The translations under genes and the position numbers were made by a program. This document shows positions 33,837 to 44,489 of a stretch of DNA of 64,000 nucleotides, one piece after another. The notes under the pieces were generated by a model. The model worked only from the letters and a program-made list of their open reading frames with translations. It was not told the DNA's origin and made no database searches. The stretch covers positions 1,312,001 to 1,376,000 of the forward strand of contig CAVQXP010000004.1 of NCBI GenBank assembly GCA_963717935.1. The letters are read 5' to 3'. The stretch is from Candidatus Eiseniibacteriota bacterium (lineage in GTDB: Bacteria; Eisenbacteria; RBG-16-71-46). Within the stretch, counting starts at the first letter, position 1. The number at the start of each line of letters is the position of its first letter.

Positions 33837-35047
33837 GCCATGCCCGCCTTCCCCGCGGGCGCGGCGCACAGCTCGCGCAACACCGCGCCGAGCCGCGCGA
33901 TCCCCTCGGTGATGCGTGCCTCCGGCATGTTGGAGAAGTTCAGGCGCAGGGTGTTCTCGTGCCCGCCGTTGGGGAAGAACGAGCCGCCGGGCACGAACGC
34001 CACGTTCCGCTCGAGGGCGCGCACCAGCGCCTCGCGGGCGCTGACGCCCTCGGGGAGCGTCGCCCACAGGAACAGGCCGCCCCGCGGGCGCGTCCAGGAG
34101 ACCCCGGGCGGGAACTCCGACTCGAGCGCGCGCAGCATGGCGTCGCGCCGCCGCCGGTAGACCTCGCGGATGCGCGCGATGCTGGCGTCGAGGTCGAAGC
34201 GCTCGAGGTAGGCGAGGATCTGATACTGCGCCAGCGTCGAGGTGTGCAGATCGGCGCCCTGCTTGACCAGCGCGTACTTCTCGTAGATCTCGCGCGGCGC
34301 GGCCAGCCAGCCGACGCGCATCCCGGGGCAGAAGATCTTCGAGAAGGTCCCGAGGTAGACCACCGGGCCGGCGCCGGCCAGCGAGGTCAGCGACGGCGGG
34401 GTCGTCCCCTCGTAGCAGAGCTCCCCGTACGGGTCGTCCTCGACGACGGTCAGCCCGTGGCGAGCCGCGGCGTCGAGCACGGCGTGGCGCCGCTCCAGGC
34501 TCCAGGTGCGCCCGCTCGGGTTCTGGAAGTTGGGCACCACGTAGATGAGCTTCGGGCGCCGGCAGCCGGCGATGCAGCGTTCCAGCTCGTCGGGGACCAT
34601 GCCGTCGTCATCGGTCGGCACCTCGACGAAGCGCGGGCGGTAGGCCCGGAAGGCGTTGATCGCGCCCAGGTAGGTGGGGCTCTCGCACAGCACCTCGTCG
34701 TCGTCGTCGAGGAAGATCTTGCCGGTCAGGTCGAGCCCCTGCTGCGAGCCGGAGGTGACCAGGATCCCGGAGGCCTCGACCGCGGTGCCGAGCCGGGAGT
34801 TCATGCGGCGGGCGATGGTCTCGCGCAGCCCGGGGTGCCCCTCGGTGGTCGAGTACTGCAGGGCCCGCGGGCCCTCCCGGTCGAGCACGTCGGCCATCAC
34901 GACCTTCAGGTCCTCGATGGGGAAGAGCTCCGGGGCCGGCAGCCCGCCGCCGAAGGAGATCACCTCGGGCCGCTGCGTGATCTTGAGCAACTCCCGGATC
35001 TCCGAGGCCTTCATCCCGTCCAGGCGGCGCGCGAATCGTGCGGTCAT
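33833..35047 (-). CDS. PLP-dependent class I/II aminotransferase (LysN/2-aminoadipate transaminase-like)
   Basis: ASEIRELLK, ISFGGGLPAPELFP, PNFQNPSG, EDDPYGEL, GTFSKIFCPGMRVGW. Confidence 0.9.
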   Translation of the reverse strand: MTARFARRLDGMKASEIRELLKITQRPEVISFGGGLPAPELFPIEDLKVVMADVLDREGPRALQYSTTEGHPGLRETIARRMNSRLGTAVEASGILVTSGSQQGLDLTGKIFLDDDDEVLCESPTYLGAINAFRAYRPRFVEVPTDDDGMVPDELERCIAGCRRPKLIYVVPNFQNPSGRTWSLERRHAVLDAAARHGLTVVEDDPYGELCYEGTTPPSLTSLAGAGPVVYLGTFSKIFCPGMRVGWLAAPREIYEKYALVKQGADLHTSTLAQYQILAYLERFDLDASIARIREVYRRRRDAMLRALESEFPPGVSWTRPRGGLFLWATLPEGVSAREALVRALERNVAFVPGGSFFPNGGHENTLRLNFSNMPEARITEGIARLGAVLRELCAAPAGKAGMA

Positions 35048-35064
35048 GGTGTCCTCCTCGAGTC

Positions 35065-36577
35065 TCAGACGATGGGCCGCGTCGAGGCGGCCTGGATTTC
35101 CGTGGTGTCGGGGTGGCCCGTCTCCTGCCGGATCGCCGCGGCCAGTCGCGCGACGCCCTCCCGGATCTGCGTCCTCGTCCGGGTAGGAGAAGTTGAGGCG
35201 GATGAACTCGGCCGGCGGCTCGTCGGCGAAGCACGCCCGGCCCGGCAGGTACGAGACGCCGGCCTCCGCGGCGCGCGCCAGCAGGGCCGCGGGGCGCACG
35301 CCCTCCGGCAGCCGGCACCAGAAGTAGAAGCCGCCCTGGGGGCGCTGCCAGCCGAGGCCCGGCACCGCGGCTTCGCGCAGCGCGCCGTCCATCGCGTCCC
35401 GCCGCCGGCCGGTACGCCCGGCGCACGGCGCGCATGTGGCCACTCATGCGCCCGCCCTGCATGAACCGGTCGAGCACCCACTGGCCGAGCGTGTTCGAGT
35501 GCAGGTCGGCCGTCTGCCGGGCGAGCGCGAACTGCCGCACCACCGCGCGCGGGGCGACCAGGAAGCCGAGCCGCATGCCGGGGAAGAGCAGCTTCGAGAA
35601 GGTGGAGAGGTAGAGCACGTTGCCCGCCGGGTCCAGCGCCCGCAGCGAGGGCACCGGATCGCCCTCGTAGCGCAGCTCGGAGTAGGGATCGTCCTCGAGG
35701 ACGGGCACCTGGTAGCGGCGCGAGAGCGCGAGCAGGTGCTGACGGCGCTCGAGCGGGAGCACCGCGCCCGAGGGGTTCTGGAAGGTGGGCAGCGTGTAGA
35801 TGAGCTTGGGCCGGAAGCGCGCCAGGACGCTCTCCAGCACGTCGGTGCGCATCCCGTGCTCGTCGGTGGGCACGCCGATGAGGCGCGCCCGCGCGCCGCG
35901 GAAGGTCTGCAGCGCGCCGATGAACGAGGGTTGCTCGACGACCACGGCGTCGCCGGGGTCGAGGAAGATGCGCGCCGCGAGGTCGAGGCCCTGTTGCGAG
36001 CCGGACAGCACCAGCACCTCGTCCGGGGTGCAGCCCACTCCGCGCGCGGCCATCATCTGCGCGAGCGTCGCGCGCAGCGCCGTGAGCCCCTCGGTGGGGC
36101 TGTGCAGCAGGGCGGCGGGGCCGGTGTCGTCCAGCACCTCCGTGATGAGGGCGCGCAGCTCGGCGAAGGGCAGCAGCTCGGGGGCGGGCATGCCGAAGGA
36201 CAGCGGGATCGCGTCGGCGCGCTCGGTGAGCCGCAGCAGGTCGCCCACGAGCGGATCCTGGAAGCCCGAGACGGCGGCCCCGAAGAGCTGCCGCCAGGGC
36301 AGCTCCTGCTCCGTCGTCCGGGTGGGCGGGGGCCGTCTCGGGGAGCGTGACCATCGTGCCCCGCCCGACGTGCGCGTCGATCAGCGCGTCGGCGCGCAGC
36401 TCCTGGTAGGCGATCAGCACCGTGCTGCGGCTGACGCCGAGCGCCTGCGCGAGACGGCGCTCGGGTGGCAGCCGGAAGCCAGCCGGGAGCTTGCCGGCAA
36501 GTGATCAGGTCGCGGACCTGCCGCGCGATCTGCTGGTAGATCGGCTCGTGACTGCTGCGATCGATCGAGATCTCCAT
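35065..36577 (-). CDS. MocR/GabR-family GntR regulator with aminotransferase domain (frameshifted)
   Basis: PIYQQIARQV, LPPERRLAQALGVSRSTV wHTH, PTFQNPSG, STFSKLLFPGMRLG. Confidence 0.88.
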
Positions 36578-36603
36578 GTCGACCTCCGGGCACGACGGTA
36601 CTT

Positions 36604-36737
36604 GGATGCCGATTGGCACCGACCAATCGGCATCCTAGCCGTTCGCGACCGGGTGTTCAAGCTCCAATCGGTCCGCCAGTGTTCGGTCCAATGTAGTTGA
36701 TTGGATTGATTGGACTGTCAACGTCCTCGCGGATTGG
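36604..36737. promoter_or_regulatory. Cluster of GATTGG/CCAAT(C) motifs, putative MocR operator
   Basis: 13-bp inverted repeat GGATGCCGATTGG/CCAATCGGCATCC (36604-36635), plus copies at 36664, 36688, 36699, 36708 and 36732. Confidence 0.6.
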
Positions 36738-36887
36738 CCTTGCCACACGATTGCAGGCCGCGTGAGACGCAAAGAGCTCAGGTGTCCTGCTTCCGCCTCT
36801 GTCTCTCGCCGGCTGCACGGTCTTGGAGGGGCCCATCGGGGCTCGAGGGCCCGTCCTCACGGGGGCCGAGACCCCCCAGAGACGGGT

Positions 36888-36958
36888 TTGACAGTGGATT
36901 GGGTGGCCGACATAGTGTCGAGCGATGGGAGCGACGCCTCGGCCGGCACCGGACTTGC
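36888..36958 (+). promoter_or_regulatory. Promoter region of the DUF3108 gene (sigma70-like and sigma54-like)
   Basis: TTGACA-17-CATAGT (36888-36916) and CGGCACCGGACTTGC with GG-N10-GC spacing (36944-36958). Confidence 0.45.
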
Positions 36959-36975
36959 GTTCCGTCGGGAGCGTC

Positions 36976-37840
36976 ATGAAGCCGCGACTCCGTCCCCTCA
37001 GGCGCCTGTTCACCTCTCCGGCGCGGGCTCTTGCCGGCGTCGTTCTGGCGCTCGCCCTGACCGGCGCCTCGCCTGCGGCGGACTCCACCCTGCCCGTGCC
37101 GCCCGACAGTGCCGACATCGCCTCGTCCATCCAGGTGCCGGGCCCCGGCCAGCACGAGGTGCTGCCCGCCCCGGCCCGGGCCTTCGGCGCGCGGGAGTCG
37201 CTCAAGTTCTCGGTGCAATACGGCTTCATCCACGCCGGAACCGCCTGGCTCGAGATCCCCGAAGTGCGCAACTACAAGGGGCACGAGGTCTACCTGTTGC
37301 TGGCGCGCGCCGAGTCGAACGCCTTCTTCAGCCGCTTCTACAAGGTCCGCGAGCGGATCGAGTCGCTACTGGGACCGCCGCGGCCTCTACAGCCGGCGCT
37401 ACGTCGAGGACCGCCGCGAAGGGAAGTACCGCCAGCAGAGCGACATCGTCTTCGACCCGGTCCGCAACGAGGCGGTCTACTCGGACGGGCGCACCTTCCC
37501 GGTGCCGGCGCGCGTGCAGGACGCGCTCTCGGCGTTCTACTACTTCCGCACCCAGGCGCTGCCACTCGGCGGCAGCATCGTCTTCCACTATCATGCGAGC
37601 CGGAAGAGCCAGCCGTTGCAGGTCAAGGTGCTGGGGCGCGAGCGCATCGAGACGCCGGCCGGCACCTTCGATTGCGTCGGCGTCGAGCCCATCCTGAAGG
37701 CCGGGGGCATCTTCAAGAACTCCGGCCGGCTGGTGATCTGGGTCACCGACGACGAGCGCCGCATGCCGGTGCTCATGAAGAGCAAGGTCGCCATCGGCTC
37801 GATCAGCGTCGTGCTGGTCGAGGCCAAGGCGGGGGGCTGA
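36976..37840 (+). CDS. DUF3108-like secreted protein (frameshift ~37365)
   Basis: Signal peptide, ESLKFSVQYGFIHAG, QDALSAFYYFR, IETPAGTFDC, IWVTDDERRMPV. Confidence 0.75.
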
Positions 37841-38787
37841 TGTCGCGCTACCGGGAAGCGGATCTCACGCGGCTTGCGGTGGGCTCTTTCGAGCAGCGCG
37901 CCACGCACGTCCGGATCGAGGATTTCGCGCGGCCGCTCGCGCCCGAGGCCGCGGCGGCCGTGCTGGACTCGCTCCCGGACCAGCTGGCGGCGCGGGCGCT
38001 GCGCGAGGTCGTGGACCGCGTCGCCGAGGCACACCGGCGGGGACGTCCGGTCGTGGCCATGTGCGGTGGCCACGTCGTCAAGGTGGGCGTGTCGCCCTGC
38101 CTCGTCACCCTGCTCGAGCGCGGCGTGATCACGCACCTGGCGCTCAACGGCGCGGCCGCCCTGCACGACATCGAGATCGCGCGCGCGGGCCGGACCTCCG
38201 AGGACGTCGAGGCGAACCTGCAGGCGGGCTCCTTCGGCATGGTGGACGAGACCGGCGACTTCATGAACGCGGCGATGCGCGAGGGGGCGCGGCGTGGCGA
38301 GGGACTGGGCGAGTGCTGGGGGCGGGCGCTCTGCGAGGAGGCCGCGACGCACGCCGGGGCGAGCCTCGTGGCGGTGGCGTGGCGGCTCGGCGTGCCGGCC
38401 ACGGTCCACGTGGCCGTGGGCACGGACACGGTCCACTACCACCCGCGCTGCGACGGGGCGGCGCTCGGGGAGACGTCGCTGCGCGATTTCCGCATCTTCG
38501 CGGCGACGCTGGCCGAGGCGCGCGGCGCGGCCGTGCTCAATTTCGGCTCGGCCGTGGTGCTGCCCGAGGTCTTCCTCAAGGCGCTCGTGGTGGCGCGCAA
38601 CCTGGGCGCCGGCCTGGAGGGCTTGACCACCGCGAACTTCGACCAGGTCCAGCACTACAGGCCGCGTGTGAACGTGGTCGAGCGCCCGACGCGGGCCGAA
38701 GGGGCCCGGGGCTACTCCCTCACGGGCCACCACGAGATCATGGTCCCGCTCTTTGCGGGCGCCGTCCTGGCCCGGATCGCCCGCTGA
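37840..38787 (+). CDS. Conserved protein, deoxyhypusine-synthase-like fold
   Basis: GGHVVKVG, NGAAALHDIE, TSEDV, FGMVDETG, GSAVVLPEVFLKAL, HYRPRVNVV, GHHEIMVP. Family recalled from memory; function unknown. Confidence 0.55.
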   Translation: MSRYREADLTRLAVGSFEQRATHVRIEDFARPLAPEAAAAVLDSLPDQLAARALREVVDRVAEAHRRGRPVVAMCGGHVVKVGVSPCLVTLLERGVITHLALNGAAALHDIEIARAGRTSEDVEANLQAGSFGMVDETGDFMNAAMREGARRGEGLGECWGRALCEEAATHAGASLVAVAWRLGVPATVHVAVGTDTVHYHPRCDGAALGETSLRDFRIFAATLAEARGAAVLNFGSAVVLPEVFLKALVVARNLGAGLEGLTTANFDQVQHYRPRVNVVERPTRAEGARGYSLTGHHEIMVPLFAGAVLARIAR

Positions 38788-38816
38788 CCGCGGGTAGCCC
38801 GGGCCAGGGCCGGGCT

Positions 38817-38896
38817 CGGCACAGGCCTTGCGTTTCGCTGTCCCCAGCCCGGACGGGCCGAGACGTTTGACAGCGCAGGCAGCCGCCGCCTACAAT
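38817..38896 (+). promoter_or_regulatory. Tandem sigma54 and sigma70 promoters upstream of the polysaccharide locus
   Basis: CGGCACAGGCCTTGC (38817-38831, GG-N10-GC) and TTGACA-18-TACAAT (38867-38896). Confidence 0.55.
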
Positions 38897-39149
38897 TCAA
38901 CTCCCCTTCGCACCGCGACTTGCGGTGCTCGACTAGCTCCACGGCGGAGGCTCACCAAGACGCGTCTTGCTACTGCTTCGGGCAGGGCTGGTTAGTTATT
39001 TGACCCTGCTGATGGATCGTGGACCGGGTTTGACCCCGGCGCCGATCGCTTGCGTCTGGTAGGCCAGAGGATTCTCGGACCGCCGTACACCCCGGCTCAT
39101 CCATCATGATGCGCAGGGTCTCGGGGAAGTCCCCATTCCTGGAGTGGTC

Positions 39150-39893
39150 GTGAAACGTCTCGCTGTCTTCGCCATCGCACTCACGCTCGCGCTGTCCCCC
39201 GGTCCCGTCTCCGGGGCGGCGCCTCCGGTCGACACCCCCATCGACCAGATCGACTGGGGCCAGACCCCGGAATACCGCATCGTTCCGGGTGACATCCTGG
39301 TGTTGAACTTCGGTCCCCGTGAGGGCATTCCCACCGACCTGGTTCGCCAGGCGGAAGTGCGCCTCGATGGCCGCATCACGGTCTTCCCGATCGGAGATGT
39401 CGTTGCCGCGGGCCGCACGCCGGTCGAGCTCCAGACCGAGTTGATCCGGCTGCTGGCCGGCGAATACAGGCAGCCCCGCGTCACGGTCGAACTCGTGAAG
39501 TCGGTCGCGAACCGCGTCCACGTGCTGGGGCGGGTGAAGAAGCCGGGCTCGCAGGTGGTCCAGTCGCTCCCGACCCTGCTGCAGGTCATCGCCGAGGCCG
39601 GGGGGTTCGAGGACGATGCGGCGCGCAACAGCGTGATCGTCATGCATCGGGTCGGCCTCGGCTCCGTGAGCGTCGCCCGCATCCGTGCGGGCCATCTCCT
39701 GCGGGGTGGTGGTGACGTCCCGCTCTCCCGCTTCGACATCGTTTACGTGCCGCGCTCGACCATCGGCAACGTGGACGTCTTCGTGGAACAGTTCTTCTCA
39801 CGCACCATTCCGGTCGGGTCCGCAGCCTTTCTCGGCTGGGAACTCTTCAACCTGGACAAGGTCTTCGCGTCCGGGCGCACCGTGGTCCGATAA
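39150..39893 (+). CDS. wza: Polysaccharide export protein (OPX/Wza family)
   Basis: YRIVPGDIL, VRLDGRITVFPIGDVVAAGRT (PES motif), SLBB domain, DIVYVPRS. Confidence 0.85.
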   Translation: MKRLAVFAIALTLALSPGPVSGAAPPVDTPIDQIDWGQTPEYRIVPGDILVLNFGPREGIPTDLVRQAEVRLDGRITVFPIGDVVAAGRTPVELQTELIRLLAGEYRQPRVTVELVKSVANRVHVLGRVKKPGSQVVQSLPTLLQVIAEAGGFEDDAARNSVIVMHRVGLGSVSVARIRAGHLLRGGGDVPLSRFDIVYVPRSTIGNVDVFVEQFFSRTIPVGSAAFLGWELFNLDKVFASGRTVVR

Positions 39894-39905
39894 GGGGAGA
39901 CCCGC

Positions 39906-41310
39906 ATGACGCCCGAGATCGTCCCGGCACCCTCCAGTTCCCAGCGCGCCACCGCCCGGGAGTTCTTCGCGGTGGTGTTCCGCCGGCGCTGGATCATCAT
40001 CGGGCTGTTCGCGGCGACCCTGGGCACCGTGCTGGCCGTGACTCTGGGCACGCCCCGGTACTTTGTCTCGTCCGGGCAGGTGTTGGTGCGGCGGGGCGAG
40101 CAGCAGAGCGCGATGAACCCCGTGCGCCAGGTCGCGAACGAGTGGGAGATCGAGCTTGGCAGCGAGATCCAGACGGCGAGGAGCCGGCCGGTCCTGGAGC
40201 ACGCCCAGAAGCTTCTGGACAAGGAGCGGCTCGGCCAGCCGGCCGTGGTGTTGGACGAGCGCCGGGTGGAGGTGGGGGTGACCGGCAAGAGCAACGTGCT
40301 GGTGCTCGGCCTACCGCGACCGTGACCCTCATGTGGCCGAGCGGGGATGTGACGCGCTGCTGCGTGCCTACATCGACTACCGGCAGAGCTCCCGGCTCAG
40401 CTACCCGCGGCCCTTCTTCGACCGCGAGATCACGCAGGCCGCGGCCGAGCTGCGGCGCTGGACCGAGCTGCGCCGGGAGTTCTCCAACCAGACCGGGATG
40501 GTGGATCTGGTCGAGCAGCGGCGGTCGACGATCCTGCTGCGGGGTAATCTGGAACAGCACCGGGCCTCCGTTGCGGGCGACCTGGCCGAGGCGGCGGCGC
40601 AGTACCGCATCATGGGCGAGCTCAAGGAGAACCCGGACGTCGACCAGCCGAGCCTGTTGCAGCCCAGCGGGGTCGACGGCACGATCGACCTCGTCAAGCG
40701 GCAGGTCGTCGAACAGCAGGGCCGCATCGCCCGGCTGCTCGAGCGATACCGGGGCGATTCGCCCGAAGTCGTGAATGCCCAGGTCACTCTCGACACGCTG
40801 CGCGGGATGCTGCAGCGGGAGGCGCAGGCGCGTTACGTCATCGCGCGCTCGCGCATGCAGGTGGCGCGTGCGAAGCTGGACGCGATGGACCGTGACATCG
40901 AAGTGGTGGACGCCACGCTGGCTCGGATGCCGGACATCGAGGCCCGCCTGGTCGAGATGGACAACCAGATCAGCACCTGGAAGGCCCGCTATGCCGACCT
41001 CGCGAAGAGCAGCGACCAGGCCCGGGTCAACGAGAACACGGTCCCGCTGATCGCGGTCTACCTGCTGAACCCGGCCAGCCCCGCGCGGACAGAGAATTCC
41101 AGCGACTACGTGCGGCTCGGGCTCGCGCCGGTCTTCAGCCTGGTCGTGGGCGTCGGCCTGGCGTTCTTCGTCGACGGTCTCGATCTCACGGTCCACACGT
41201 CCGGCCAGGCGGAGGAGGAAGTCCGGCTGCCGGTGCTCGCCGCCATCCGGGAACGGAGGCGGGGCGGTCGGCGTCCCCGTCACCGCGAACCGGAGAAGAC
41301 GCCGGCATGA
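39906..41310 (+). CDS. Polysaccharide co-polymerase (Wzc/GumC membrane part; frameshift ~40310)
   Basis: VFRRRWII TM1, coiled-coil periplasmic region, TM2, LPVLAAI ending. Confidence 0.82.
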
Positions 41311-42114
41311 CCCGCCTCTTCGACGCCCTCAGCAAGGCCCGGTCGGCTGCGCCGACCCGCGGTCACGCGGGTCCGCCGGCGCAGCTCGCGATCGCCGCCG
41401 TCCCGCCGGTCCCGATGAAGACGGCCCGCCCTGCGATGGAGCACGCCGCCCCGCCGGGCGACGAAGCTCGCCGCCGGATCGTGGCTTTCGACGGGTCTCC
41501 GGAACTTCCGACCGACGTGCGGAGCGAGATGACCGGCCTGCGGATCAGCCTCGAGGCCGCCCTCACGCAGCGCATCCCGCGCATCGTGATGTTCCTCGCC
41601 TCGCAGGGCGGCGAAGGCACTTCCACGGTGGCCGCGCAGTTCGCCCAGTCGCTGGCGGGCGACGAGCGCCTGAGGGTCCTGCTGGTGGACGCGCATGCCC
41701 GGCGTCCCGCCTATCTCGCCCGACGGTTCGCCCGCGGTGGCGCGCCCGGCGCGCGCCAAATCGCGCCGGGAGACGCAGTCCGGAGTCCGGAGCCCGGACC
41801 TGCTGCCCCTCCCGGAGGGCGCGTTCGAGGCGAGCACCCTCACCCCGGTTTCACTGCGCGAGTCGCTCGACGCGATCGCCAGTGGCTACGACTGGATCGT
41901 GATCGACGGGCCCCCGGTGCTGGAGTCGCCCGACGCGGCCACGCTCGGGGCGGTGGCCGACGGGGTCGTCGTCGTGGTGCAGGCGGGGCGCACCAAGCGG
42001 CCCGTGCTGACGCGTTCCGTGGACCTGGTGGGCCGGGCCGGCGGACGCGTGCTCGGGATCGTGCTCAATCGCCGCCGTCTGGAGATCCCGGGATTCATCT
42101 ACCGGCGGATCTGA
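41307..42114 (+). CDS. CpsD/CapB-like BY-kinase with degenerate Walker A (frameshifts ~41700-41790)
   Basis: SQGGEGTST, VLLVDAH, YDWIVIDGPP, ADGVVVVV, LGIVLNRRR. Confidence 0.8.
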
Positions 42115-42130
42115 TCCGCCAGCCACCGCG

Positions 42131-43341
42131 GTGAGCGACCCCCGACTCGTGCCCGAGGAGCCTGTGCCGCCCGCAACGCGATCCCCTGGCTCCCGCGCGT
42201 CGGCCCGCCTGTCCGCCCCGCTCGCGCTCGCGAGTGCGTGGGCGGGAGACGCCCTCGCGCTCATCGTAGGAGGGAGCCACGCCACCGGATCGGGGGTGTG
42301 GGTTGCGCTCGGAGGCCGCGAACTCTGCCTCTCCGACCTGGATGTCTATGCCGTGGTCCGGGATCGCGCCGCCCAGCGCGCGGCGGAGACCCGCGCCCGT
42401 GCCGACCGCCCCGGGCTGCGCGGGCGGTTGCTGGCCTGGGGGCTCGCAGCCCCGCTCGAGGTGGCCTTCCTCGTCCCCGCGGACCTCGCGCGCCTGCCGG
42501 CGCGTCCCGCCACGCTCGAGTTGGCGCGCCACGGGCTCGTCATCGCGGGTGACCCGGCCTGGCGCGACCGCGTCCAGCGCTGGGAGCCGGGGGACGTGAG
42601 CCGCGAGGAGATCCTGCTGCTGCACGAGAACCGCGCTTTCGAGCTGTTGCTCGCCTGGCCGTCGCTCGCCGCTCGCGATCCGCTGGCGCGCCTGCAGGCG
42701 CGCCACGCCGTGCTCAAGTGCGCGCTCGACGTGGTGCGGGTCGAGGCGCTCGGCCGGGGCGAGTACCCGATGGACCCCGGGCGCTCGTGGAGTGGGCCGG
42801 CCGGCCAGGGTGCTCCGTTCCGGGCGGGTCCGGGCGGACGGCGTTCCTCGCGTTGCTCGAAACGGCGGTCGCCTGGCGCGCGGGCCAGGTCGGGGAACTC
42901 GATGCCGCCGGGGCGCGGGACGAGTGGCGGACGGCGGTGGCGGCCTGGGTCGCGACGTGGCGGACGTGGGTGGGGCCCTCGTACGGCGACGCTGTCCGCA
43001 GCGCCCGGCGCGCCCGCCTGCGGCGCCGGCTGCGCCGCGCACTCTCCTGGCCCACGCGCAGCGGCTTCGGTCCTCCGCTCGGCGGGCGGTTGCGCCATGC
43101 GCTGTGTGGCACGCCCCAGCACCGGGCGAACGCCTCGGCCGCGGTCCTGCTCCTGGCCGCGACGGAGGAAGGCTGGAGCGGGGCGGACCCGCCGTTGCCC
43201 GGGCGCGCGAAGCGCTCGCTCGCGGCGCTCGGCGTGGCGCCGGCCGCGGCGCTCGCGGATTGGGCCGCCGCGGCGCGCGCCGTGGTCGGTGCGTGGGACT
43301 GCTGGGTGCTCGACGGCCAGCGCACCGCGGAGCCCGCGTGA
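42131..43341 (+). CDS. Nucleotidyltransferase-like (Pol-beta motif) protein (frameshift ~42770)
   Basis: LIVGGSHATGSG...SDLDVYAVV resembles hG[GS]...DxD, followed by a helical C-terminal region. Confidence 0.5.
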
Positions 43342-44489
43342 GACGGCGCCTGGCCGTGCTGCTCGTGGACGCGCTCGGCTGGGAACTGGCGGCGCGCACG
43401 CCCGGCTTCGCCGCCGAGCTGCCGCACCGGCGCCGGATCGAGACCATCCTGGGCTTCAGCTCCGGCGCGCTGCCGACGCTGTTCAGCGGACGGCTGCCGG
43501 CCGAGCACGGGCGCTGGCTCATGTACCGGCGCGCGGGGAGTGCCGGCACGCCCTTCCGCGGCTTCCGCTGGCTCGGGATGCTGCCACCGAGGCTGCGGCG
43601 AAGCTGGAAGCTCTCGGTGCTGCTCACCCGGCTCGTCGCGCGGCGCGGCGTGCGCGGCTACTTCAGCCTCTACCAGGTCCCCCGCGAGCTGCTCGAGGAG
43701 TTCGATCTGGCCGAGCGCGACGACATCTTCACCCCGGGTGGTCTGCCCGGGGACTCGCTGTGGGACGCGGTGGCACGCGCCGGCATCCGCTCGCAAGGCT
43801 GGAACTGGCGCACGCCCGAGCCCGAGGCCCTGGACGCGATGGAACGCGCGCTCGAGCGCGGACCCGAGGACTTCCTGTTCTGCTACACTGCCGGGCTCGA
43901 CGCGGCGCTGCACCGTGAGGGGTCGGGTGGTACGGACGTGCGCGAGCGGCTGGCGCGCTACGACGCCTGGCTCACGCGCAACGTCCATGCAGCCCGGCGG
44001 CGCGGCGAGGAGTTGCGGCTCGTGCTGCTCTCCGACCATGGCATGTTGGACGTGCGCGACACCGTGGACGTGATGGGCGCGCTGGCGGGCCTTTCCTGCC
44101 GCTGGCCACGGGACTATGTGCCATTCTTCGACTCGACCTTCGCTCGCTTCTGGTGGCGGTCCGCTGCGGCGCGCGGGGAAGTGCGAGCCGCGCTGGAGGG
44201 CGTGCGCGGCGGCCACTGGCTCGAGGATGACGAGCTCGAGCGAGCCGGCGCGCTCTTCCCGGCGCGCGAATACGGGGAGGACATCTACCTGCTCGACCCT
44301 GGAGTGCTGATGGTGCCATCCTTCATGGGCTCGCGCCCGCTCGCCGCCATGCATGGCTACGATGCGGCGCATCCGGAGATGGCCGCCCTGCTCGCTGCGA
44401 GCCATCCCGTGCCCGCGGGTGTGCGCCACCTGAAGGACGTCCGCGGTTACCTCGAGGACGGGCTGGCCTGGCTGGCGGAGGCCCGGTGA
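43338..44489 (+). CDS. Alkaline-phosphatase-superfamily (nucleotide pyrophosphatase/phosphodiesterase-like) protein
   Basis: LVDALGW, GFSSGA, LDAALH, LSDHGM, MHGYD metal-binding motifs; no signal peptide. Confidence 0.75.
   Translation: MRRRLAVLLVDALGWELAARTPGFAAELPHRRRIETILGFSSGALPTLFSGRLPAEHGRWLMYRRAGSAGTPFRGFRWLGMLPPRLRRSWKLSVLLTRLVARRGVRGYFSLYQVPRELLEEFDLAERDDIFTPGGLPGDSLWDAVARAGIRSQGWNWRTPEPEALDAMERALERGPEDFLFCYTAGLDAALHREGSGGTDVRERLARYDAWLTRNVHAARRRGEELRLVLLSDHGMLDVRDTVDVMGALAGLSCRWPRDYVPFFDSTFARFWWRSAAARGEVRAALEGVRGGHWLEDDELERAGALFPAREYGEDIYLLDPGVLMVPSFMGSRPLAAMHGYDAAHPEMAALLAASHPVPAGVRHLKDVRGYLEDGLAWLAEAR

Noticed and set aside
36925..38787. Apparent 620-aa fusion ORF; similar apparent fusions at 33833-35443, 42792-44489 and 44791-46776
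   Set aside because: Read-through created by frameshifts in the upstream gene; each downstream gene has its own start.
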